Below are positions 18,289 to 25,723 of a stretch of DNA of 64,000 nt, in pieces. Origin of the DNA: a virus; IMG/VR virus record IMGVR_UViG_3300042503_000110, positions 1 through 64,000 of that record; one strand, written 5' to 3'. The notes under the pieces are model-generated. The model did no database searches. It was not told the DNA's origin and saw only the letters and a list, made by a program, of their open reading frames with translations. Position 1 is the first letter of the stretch, and every line of letters starts with the position of its first letter. The position numbers were made by a program, and so were the translations under genes.

Positions 18289-18958
18289 CCTATTGATTGT
18301 AATCCTTGTCTATGGTTGTGGTTCTATGAAGACCACAACCGAGGATGAGGTTATTGAGAAAGCAGACATCTCTACTGTCTCTAACTATACGGACTCTATC
18401 AAGAGAACCGTACAAGTTATTAGTATGGACATGACTAAAGTATTGGCTATGTATCCAGACTTGCAAGAGAAGAACGTAGGGTTAGGTTTTGCGGAATCCG
18501 TATTAGATTATTTAGATGAGACAAATCGTTTTGTATTTACTGAGGAAAAGGGTGAAATCAAGGAAAGGATGGTAACTCAGTTCAAAGCCTCTAAAAAAGG
18601 AGTCTTTGAAGAACCCATTGATGGCAAAGGAAAGATCAAAGCAGCACAATACTTTGTGTATGTGACTGTGGCAGATTTTGCCGTAGATGAAGACGAAACT
18701 GTAGAAGGAGCTAAAGCTAAAGTAGTTGTTACTACTTTTATCCGTTTACAAGTTCGTTTTGTAGATGCAAAAACAGGACAAATCTTTATTGGCTCAGGAG
18801 AAGGAGAGTCCACTAAAACTGGAGAATCTTTTCTTAAGTCGCTAGACGGAATGAAATTTTCTCAAAGCACAGTAGGTAAGGCTACACGTAAATCACTAGA
18901 AACTGCTACAACTAAAGTGATTGAAAACCTTATCAAGAACGGTGTCTTTAAGAGTTAA
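18269..18958 (+). CDS. CsgG/HfaB-family lipoprotein
   Basis: Lipobox VYG|C; G.....L..L..TNRF...E, A.Y.V...V.DF and .RLQVRFVD.KTG.I....G.G signature. Confidence 0.75.
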   Translation: MKKILGSLLIVILVYGCGSMKTTTEDEVIEKADISTVSNYTDSIKRTVQVISMDMTKVLAMYPDLQEKNVGLGFAESVLDYLDETNRFVFTEEKGEIKERMVTQFKASKKGVFEEPIDGKGKIKAAQYFVYVTVADFAVDEDETVEGAKAKVVVTTFIRLQVRFVDAKTGQIFIGSGEGESTKTGESFLKSLDGMKFSQSTVGKATRKSLETATTKVIENLIKNGVFKS

Positions 18959-20303
18959 CATATTAATCTTGTTTATGTGTATAGGACTGAGTTTAAACGC
19001 TCAGTCCTTTACATATTCGTACACAGACCCGTGTACAAAAGAGCTAAAGTTTATATTCGCAGATATGAACTCTCCTATAGTGATTAGTTACTATGGGCAA
19101 GTCAGAAGTTTTAATTACGCAGAACTTCAGGATGGTACATTTGACAATTGGTTAAATAGTACCTACTTGAATTTTCGAAACGCTAAACCCTGCGAAGGAG
19201 TATTTTCAACAACTACAACCACTACCTCAACTAATACAGTAACATCTTTAGTTAGTAGTGTGATGAATTTAAACTCAATATCTAGTTTAGATTTATCCTC
19301 AACTTCTATGGGATCTAGTACCTCTATAGGAAGTACAACATCTTCAGGAACAACAAGTACAGACAGTAAAAATGAAAGTTCGAACGACAAGCCCAGTAGC
19401 AATGGAGATAATAATTCTACTGGTAATTCTGGGGATAACTCTGGTCAAGGTGGCGAATCATCTGGACAAGGGTCCAATACGTCGCAAGGACAAGTAAGTG
19501 TTGGGAGCAAATCTAAGGGAGGCTCTGGCGGAAGTGGTGGAAGTGGCGGAGAGGGCGAAACTCCAGCCGAAGAAAAAACCCCTGAAAAAATTGAAGAACA
19601 AAAGTCCGAAACCCAACAAGCAGGCGGAAGTGCGTCTGCAAAGTCAGCAGCAAAAGGTAAAGTAGAAACACAGAAACCAGCTATCCTAGTTACAGGAGAC
19701 ATTGTAGGTGTTCAGACAGTTAAAGACCAAGCACAAGACGCGCGTGGTACTATGTCTTTTACTCGTGTTAAAGGAGATGGCACAGCTTCAATTGGATTGT
19801 CTGCTGACTATATGGTTAATGCAAAGATTGGAAACTTTAACGGTATGCGATCTTGGATGGGCGTTAACAAAAAAGGACACAAGCACATTAACGTATTATC
19901 TGCGGGAATTAACTTAATGCCTAGGTCTTACAACGGCTCATTGCTTTTTGTAAGAGTAAACTCGCTTAAAAACTTTACAGCTCTGTACGGAGCAGCCGCT
20001 TCTTACGGAGAGTTATTTAAAGAAGAAGTAATCTCTACTCTTCTTATAGGAGGTTTTATGTACAAAGGACAACTAACTAAACATATTGACGCTACCATTA
20101 TCGCAGCTAGTGTGTACGCACCATACACAAAATACTACACTGAGAGTTTGTTTGAGTCTCAGCCTATTATAGTTCCGTTCCTAAACATTAACTATTCTAT
20201 AACTAAGACTTTTAAATTTGGCTTAACCGCAGGAGGTACGTATATCGCAAACCAGGATATAGTAAACTATCAAGTCTTAATGGGAGGTAAACTAAAGATA
20301 TGA
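18942..20303 (+). CDS. Secreted protein: N-terminal domain, Ser/Gly/Thr linker, C-terminal outer-membrane beta-barrel
   Basis: In-frame GTG at 18942 gives signal peptide SLNA|QS; long low-complexity linker; alternating hydrophobic strands ending YQVLMGGKLKI. Confidence 0.6.
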   Translation: MSLRVNILILFMCIGLSLNAQSFTYSYTDPCTKELKFIFADMNSPIVISYYGQVRSFNYAELQDGTFDNWLNSTYLNFRNAKPCEGVFSTTTTTTSTNTVTSLVSSVMNLNSISSLDLSSTSMGSSTSIGSTTSSGTTSTDSKNESSNDKPSSNGDNNSTGNSGDNSGQGGESSGQGSNTSQGQVSVGSKSKGGSGGSGGSGGEGETPAEEKTPEKIEEQKSETQQAGGSASAKSAAKGKVETQKPAILVTGDIVGVQTVKDQAQDARGTMSFTRVKGDGTASIGLSADYMVNAKIGNFNGMRSWMGVNKKGHKHINVLSAGINLMPRSYNGSLLFVRVNSLKNFTALYGAAASYGELFKEEVISTLLIGGFMYKGQLTKHIDATIIAASVYAPYTKYYTESLFESQPIIVPFLNINYSITKTFKFGLTAGGTYIANQDIVNYQVLMGGKLKI

Positions 20304-21283
20304 GATGGCTGATTGTTCTTTTTTTATTCTCGTCTCCTCTAATAGCACAATTTACCTATTCGGGATATCTCTATAATGCGAATGGTTCTGGCGCAGCTAA
20401 CGTGGCTGTTAAACTGTACAGAAGAACAAACTCAACCATTGCAGGATTTACTAACCAACAAAATTATAATGGACACTCTTACTATCGTTCTACTGGAAGT
20501 GCTACTTGGACTACTGCTAGGTCTAACTGTGTAGCTATGGGTGGACACTTAGTAACCATTACAACTTCAGGTGAACAATCATTTATATTTAATATATGGC
20601 CTTCAGGATGGATAGGACTAACAGATGAAGTCAGTGAAGGTACTTGGAGATGGGTAACAGGAGAAACTTATTCTTATACTAACTGGAACTCTGGAGAACC
20701 AAACAATGCAGGTAATGAAGACTACGTACAGTTTGTATCTAATGGAAGGTGGAATGACTTACCTAACAACTACAATCTTCCTTATGTACTAGAGTTTGAA
20801 TATTTAGTTACAACTTCTTCTTGGACTCTCTATAAAACAATCTATACTAACTCTTCAGGTTATTATTCTATTTCAGAAGCCTACGATCCATCAAAGGAAT
20901 ACTATATTCAGATAGATGCGCCTACCAGAGTTCAAGCCTACACCAATGCAGACATACAAAACATTTCTAATATTATCTTAGGTAAGACTACAATTAACGG
21001 TCTTACCTATCATAGATTTGATCTTAATGACGACGGGCGAATAAACATAGCTGACAAGTATTATCTATCTGGTAGAAAGGCAGGAAGATTTAATCGGTGG
21101 AAAACTGCACCTGATGTAAGAATCTTCACACTTGCTCAGTATAATGCTATAGTCGCATCTAAAGTAAATGTGCGCACAACTTACCCTGGAGTAGCTACAT
21201 TTACAACCTCAACACTTACTACAGGAGGAACACTAAACTTATATCTTATTGCTCCAGGGTACTCAGGACAAGTAACTTATTAA
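20300..21283 (+). CDS. Secreted C-type lectin - dockerin protein
   Basis: Signal PLIA|QF; CTLD YNGHSYY...W..A...C...GGHL.TI...E...WIGL.D...EG.W.W with EPN (20696) and WND (20750); dockerin DLNDDGRINIAD. Confidence 0.8.
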   Translation: MRWLIVLFLFSSPLIAQFTYSGYLYNANGSGAANVAVKLYRRTNSTIAGFTNQQNYNGHSYYRSTGSATWTTARSNCVAMGGHLVTITTSGEQSFIFNIWPSGWIGLTDEVSEGTWRWVTGETYSYTNWNSGEPNNAGNEDYVQFVSNGRWNDLPNNYNLPYVLEFEYLVTTSSWTLYKTIYTNSSGYYSISEAYDPSKEYYIQIDAPTRVQAYTNADIQNISNIILGKTTINGLTYHRFDLNDDGRINIADKYYLSGRKAGRFNRWKTAPDVRIFTLAQYNAIVASKVNVRTTYPGVATFTTSTLTTGGTLNLYLIAPGYSGQVTY

Positions 21284-21285
21284 CC

Positions 21286-21726
21286 ATGAAAAAACTAATT
21301 ATAATTCTCACAGCTGCTATTACAGCATCGTTAAGCGGTCAATGTTACAAAATTGACACAGTTAGAAATCACACACAGATGAAGGAACTTGCAGGGAGAC
21401 CTGTAGATTTTGGAATTGTAACAACAGCCGAACAATTAATTGCAGATAAGTATAGTATTTGTGACACAGGCATTAAGGTAGACTTAGCACTAAACACTAT
21501 TGGTATTCCAGAAAGAATAATTAACATTGCAGGAATCCAGTTACTAAAAAGAGACTATATAGTAAATATGTCCATTACTGCTAATAACATTACACATTAT
21601 TCTAGGCACATTAAGACAGTTTACGTAAATGCAATGTTCTTAACTGTAGAGCAAATTCCTCACAATAAAAAAGCCTATTCAAAAGCAGTTGAGAAGTGTT
21701 TAATAGATTTAGTTAAGAAGTTATAG
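21286..21726 (+). CDS. Secreted protein, possibly of the CsgG/LptE/TolB_N-like fold
   Basis: Signal SLSG|QC; strand-helix-strands-C-terminal helix pattern; last gene of the module. Confidence 0.5.
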   Translation: MKKLIIILTAAITASLSGQCYKIDTVRNHTQMKELAGRPVDFGIVTTAEQLIADKYSICDTGIKVDLALNTIGIPERIINIAGIQLLKRDYIVNMSITANNITHYSRHIKTVYVNAMFLTVEQIPHNKKAYSKAVEKCLIDLVKKL

Positions 21727-21794
21727 TGGGAATCTTTATCTTAACTTTCTATGTTAATTATGAAAAATTAACTTGATGAGTTATAACTTTTAAC

Positions 21795-21824
21795 TTGACT
21801 TTTTTTGGTTGTATATTATCTTTG
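21795..21824 (+). promoter_or_regulatory. Bacteroidota sigma promoter of the packaging operon
   Basis: TTG 21795-21797 (in ACTTGACTT), 19-nt spacer, TATCTTTG 21817-21824. Confidence 0.75.
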
Positions 21825-21838
21825 TTTAAAACCAACCA

Positions 21839-22231
21839 ATGAAAGTAGCAAGAAAATACGAATCGGGCGTGCAACTTCATCAAGCATACATAGATATTTT
21901 ACTACGTCTGGCAGGACATAGATTGTCAGATTTGTACACTAGTATTCTAGCGCACAGCTCTTATTATGGCACAATTAACAAAGAGATTAAAGACTCTATT
22001 GCAGAAAGAAATCAGACTTCTGCGCAGGTTATCTCTAACGCAATCACTCGGTTACGTAAATTAGGGCTGTTAGAAAAGAATATAATAAACAAGAAACTTT
22101 CTCCTATAGCTAGAGATAATGCTTCTATTACTTTGTTATTGTCTTTGAAGGAATTGGCCCCCGTAGTATTGAATACAACATCTCCTGAATCTAATATAAC
22201 ATCTAATGTTAAGTTCGAAACGGCACACTAA
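21839..22231 (+). CDS. Winged-helix HTH DNA-binding protein
   Basis: IAE...TSAQVISNAITRLRKLGLL. Confidence 0.7.
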   Translation: MKVARKYESGVQLHQAYIDILLRLAGHRLSDLYTSILAHSSYYGTINKEIKDSIAERNQTSAQVISNAITRLRKLGLLEKNIINKKLSPIARDNASITLLLSLKELAPVVLNTTSPESNITSNVKFETAH

Positions 22232-22763
22232 CGAAATCAAATTCAACACGCATGGATTCTTTTCTTCTGTAGCTAGAAAGACAGGATATAGTGTGTCAGA
22301 TGTTAATACTGTTTATACTTGGTACATAAACAAAAGTTTAGAAGAGGCGCAGAATACTCCTGCATGTAAGGTAAAATTAAAAGGATTAGGTGCTATGAAG
22401 TTTAGTCCTGGTCTTTCTATTCGTAATCTCACAGGTTTTATTGCTGGACTAGAGACAGCAGTCAATGAGTTTTTAGATCCTGAGTTAGAACCTAAGGTTG
22501 CGTACAGTATTATAGTTGCCAAACATAAGGTTCTTTTAAATGCCCTTTATTCTTTTAGAGAAAGAATAACGAAACTTAAAGACACAGGTTTTGTGAACGA
22601 AACGTATCACATAAACAAAATGACTCGATCAGAACAACTGGAAAACCAACTAAACCAAATATATGAATCTATTCAAAGAATACCTGAGTATCAGCAAAAA
22701 AGGACTTCAGAACGCGGACAAGATTTTACATGGACTGACGAACAAGGTAGCAAACCGTTTTAG
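22206..22763 (+). CDS. HU/IHF-like DNA-binding protein with C-terminal extension
   Basis: VARKTGYS..DV..V...........KVKLKGLGAMKF. Confidence 0.6.
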   Translation: MLSSKRHTNEIKFNTHGFFSSVARKTGYSVSDVNTVYTWYINKSLEEAQNTPACKVKLKGLGAMKFSPGLSIRNLTGFIAGLETAVNEFLDPELEPKVAYSIIVAKHKVLLNALYSFRERITKLKDTGFVNETYHINKMTRSEQLENQLNQIYESIQRIPEYQQKRTSERGQDFTWTDEQGSKPF

Positions 22764-23043
22764 ACTATTAAGCAATGAGAAGAAAGAAGTTATATCTTCC
22801 CGAATGGACATTTGCCTTGGATGCCCTTACAATTCTATCAATGCTAGAATATCCGAGGAATATGAACAACTCACTGGAAAGCACTACGACACGTCCAGAC
22901 CTGAGCTACACTGTTCGCTATGTGGCTGCATCCTCGAAATTAAAACGTCTTCCCTATCTTCGGATTGTGGTATCGTAGACTGGAACGAAGATAATCCAGA
23001 TAAAAAACTAAACCCTAAATGGACTCAATATGAACAAAACTAA
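22663..23043 (+). CDS. Cys-rich Zn-finger protein
   Basis: R..IC..CP...C..CGC....K......C pattern. Confidence 0.7.
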   Translation: MNLFKEYLSISKKGLQNADKILHGLTNKVANRFRLLSNEKKEVISSRMDICLGCPYNSINARISEEYEQLTGKHYDTSRPELHCSLCGCILEIKTSSLSSDCGIVDWNEDNPDKKLNPKWTQYEQN

Positions 23044-23173
23044 CACACAACCCCAGAACCAAACCACAATCACTAATGGCTGTGGTGGCAAAAAAGGCAC
23101 TAAATGCGGAGTAGAACTTTACATTATGCCTCATGACTCTCAAATCAGCATAACCAAAGCTGTTAAAAAGTAA
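23030..23173 (+). CDS. Small 47-aa protein (below the track cut-off)
   Basis: MNKTNTQPQNQTTITNGCGGKKGTKCGVELYIMPHDSQISITKAVKK; fills the gap between two coupled genes. Confidence 0.5.
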   Translation: MNKTNTQPQNQTTITNGCGGKKGTKCGVELYIMPHDSQISITKAVKK

Positions 23174-23180
23174 TCAGACA

Positions 23181-23396
23181 ATGCAAACCAACCAACCGAA
23201 GTCTTCTAGAAGGGAAAAAGAAATCATTCAACCCTCTAAAACATTCCAAGATTCTTTGTTCTCTGTAACAAAGGTTTTTTGGAAAGCTGGTTATCAGTAT
23301 AGCCAGAAGGGAAAGAATGAAGATTTTTATGCTACTCTTCTAGAGGACTTTATGAATTTATCCTACCAAGAATTTTTAACCAAATATGGCGAATAA
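23181..23396 (+). CDS. Hypothetical protein
   Basis: Coupled ORF overlapping the next start. Confidence 0.6.
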   Translation: MQTNQPKSSRREKEIIQPSKTFQDSLFSVTKVFWKAGYQYSQKGKNEDFYATLLEDFMNLSYQEFLTKYGE

Positions 23397-23700
23397 AAAG
23401 CAAACATACGTATCAGCAGAACTAGAATGGGCAGAATCTAAACTAGCCGAATGGCGAGCGTACATAGATAACAACCCTATCAATACTCTGAAGGACAGAA
23501 TAGAATGGAAGCCAACATCCAAAGGTGGAACCATGCCTATGGTAATTGCCTCAATCGAGAGTCAGATTAAATCTCTTAGAGATACCATGAAAGAGTACCT
23601 AGCCTTACTAGATGTTGTAGATAAGCTTAGAGAAAAAGAAGAAGCCAAACAAGAGGCTCGTGGTTCTCAAGAGATTAACGGTAAAATGAAAAACTTTTAA
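23386..23700 (+). CDS. Probable terminase small subunit
   Basis: Helical 104-aa protein ending 2 nt before terL; call rests on position. Confidence 0.5.
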   Translation: MANKKQTYVSAELEWAESKLAEWRAYIDNNPINTLKDRIEWKPTSKGGTMPMVIASIESQIKSLRDTMKEYLALLDVVDKLREKEEAKQEARGSQEINGKMKNF

Positions 23701-23702
23701 GT

Positions 23703-25715
23703 ATGCATTTAGACAGTCCAGAATTTTTAATTAACGTAAAGTCTTTGCCTGACCCAGAGTCAGCAGAGTATACTGCGTTTTGGCAAAATGAGGACAAAAA
23801 GATAAATGAAGGAGTAACTATAAATGGTTTCTACTTTTCTCCTTTTGTATACTGGCATTTAAATTTTGGGGCCTTATACATTGACGAAAAGGTAGGAAAT
23901 AGAAATATAAGGAAACTAGGTAAGCCCCAGTTATGGGATACATACCTAGAAGTGGATGATGCGATTTACCGCGCAGAGAATCACCCAGATGGAAAGAAAG
24001 GTCTGGTGATAGTAGGTAGTCGACGTATTTCAAAAACCATTCTTACATCTTCATACATTGCCCATAAGGCAATTACACTTCAGGGAGGGGACAATCTAAT
24101 TTCCGCTCTAAACCAACCTGACTTGAATAACACTACTCAAGCCGTGGATCTTATTTTGCGTAACCTCCCTGATTATTTTAGATTCCCCCGTATTGAAGAC
24201 GACTGGAAACGTCAAGTAACTTTAGGTTACAAAGACAAAAAGTCCAACGCAAGACACGAGTGGTCTAAGATACATGTAAGAAACTTTGACGAAGGGAACA
24301 ATACGGAAGCAGCAGCAGGTCTTACTCTATCCTCTTTCATGCTTGAAGAAGCAGGTAAAGGCAGAATCTTGAACTGCTTGGCTGCGACTATCCCATGTTT
24401 TGACTCACCTTATGGATGGCGTTGTTCTCCTATTGTAATTGGAACATCGGGAGACATGACTAAGGCAGGAGACTTAGAAGAACTTTTTAATAACCCTGAC
24501 GCATATAACTTTCTTCCCGTAGCTGTAGAAGAGTCTGGAAAGTCTTACGGACTATTTGTCCCAGGAACAAAGTCTCTTAAAGTACCTAAAGAACCAACTC
24601 CTCTTGGACTTTACCTAGAGAAAGAAGATCCTTCTGAACTAGATAACATTACTATTTGGGTAGCCAACCAAGACAAGGGTAAGGAAATGATTATAAAGAA
24701 CAGGGAGCAAGTTAAAAAAGCCTCTGGTCTTGAAGCTTATCTAAAGGAGGTCATGTACTACCCGCTCACGCACGAGGAGTGTTTTATGGAAATGTCACAG
24801 AACATTTTTCCTGTAGACCTTCTTCAGGAGCAATTACAGAAACTTGTAGCAAATGAAGTACGTGCAGATTTTGTAGAATTGTACGTAAAGCCTGATGGAA
24901 AAGTAGGACACAAGTTCACGGATAAAAAGCCTGTAGAAAACTTTCCAACTAAACCAGCAGATAATCTAGAAGGCGTAACCCAAATATGGGAGTATCCTAT
25001 TCTAGATGCACCTTATGGACTTTATACAGCAGGGACTGACCCATACAAACAATCTCAAGCACAATACTCTACTTCATTAGGATCTACTTACATTTATAAA
25101 AGAGTTCATAATCTTTCAGGTGAAGGTTGGCAGAATATTGTTGTGGCCGCATACACAGGTCGTCCTAAGAAGATTGACATGTGGTACGAGAATACCAAGA
25201 ACCTATTAAAATTCTATAATGCCAAGAGTCTTTGTGAAAACATGGACTATGGTTTTATTCAACACTGCGTAGAGAAAAATGAAGGTGCACGTATTCTAGA
25301 ACGTACTCCATCATTCTTAACGGACATCCACCCCAACTCTATGGTAAACCGTGACTACGGAATACACATGACCAAAGAGATTAAGGCTTATCTACTAGGT
25401 CTTATTATCGAGTATATAACTGAAGTCATTGATGTAGAGCGTGATGCAGCAGGAAATATTACAAAAGAACGCTTAGGTGTAACTAGAATTTTAGATCCCC
25501 TTTTGATAAAAGAATTAATAAAATATACACCAAAACTCAATGTTGACCGTATTATTGCATTTGGTTTGACATTGGCTATGACTCGAAGTCTTTCTAATAA
25601 AATTACCATCCATAGTAATGCAGAGGACGACAGGATTAGAGAATACTTTCAAACCAAAAAAACTTCTAGTCCATTTAGGATTGGAGGATCAACACCATTT
25701 TCAAGATTTAGATAA
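23703..25715 (+). CDS. terL: Terminase large subunit
   Basis: Walker A-like GSRRISKT, Walker B FMLEEAG, GTSG, nuclease AG.DPY and N.DR..A; crAss-like organisation. Confidence 0.9.
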   Translation: MHLDSPEFLINVKSLPDPESAEYTAFWQNEDKKINEGVTINGFYFSPFVYWHLNFGALYIDEKVGNRNIRKLGKPQLWDTYLEVDDAIYRAENHPDGKKGLVIVGSRRISKTILTSSYIAHKAITLQGGDNLISALNQPDLNNTTQAVDLILRNLPDYFRFPRIEDDWKRQVTLGYKDKKSNARHEWSKIHVRNFDEGNNTEAAAGLTLSSFMLEEAGKGRILNCLAATIPCFDSPYGWRCSPIVIGTSGDMTKAGDLEELFNNPDAYNFLPVAVEESGKSYGLFVPGTKSLKVPKEPTPLGLYLEKEDPSELDNITIWVANQDKGKEMIIKNREQVKKASGLEAYLKEVMYYPLTHEECFMEMSQNIFPVDLLQEQLQKLVANEVRADFVELYVKPDGKVGHKFTDKKPVENFPTKPADNLEGVTQIWEYPILDAPYGLYTAGTDPYKQSQAQYSTSLGSTYIYKRVHNLSGEGWQNIVVAAYTGRPKKIDMWYENTKNLLKFYNAKSLCENMDYGFIQHCVEKNEGARILERTPSFLTDIHPNSMVNRDYGIHMTKEIKAYLLGLIIEYITEVIDVERDAAGNITKERLGVTRILDPLLIKELIKYTPKLNVDRIIAFGLTLAMTRSLSNKITIHSNAEDDRIREYFQTKKTSSPFRIGGSTPFSRFR

Positions 25716-25723
25716 CTACAACT

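Noticed and set aside
20300-21283. Diversity-generating retroelement target (C-type lectin fold)
   Set aside because: No reverse transcriptase and no template/variable repeat pair in the window; the lectin is a canonical EPN/WND type located mid-protein.
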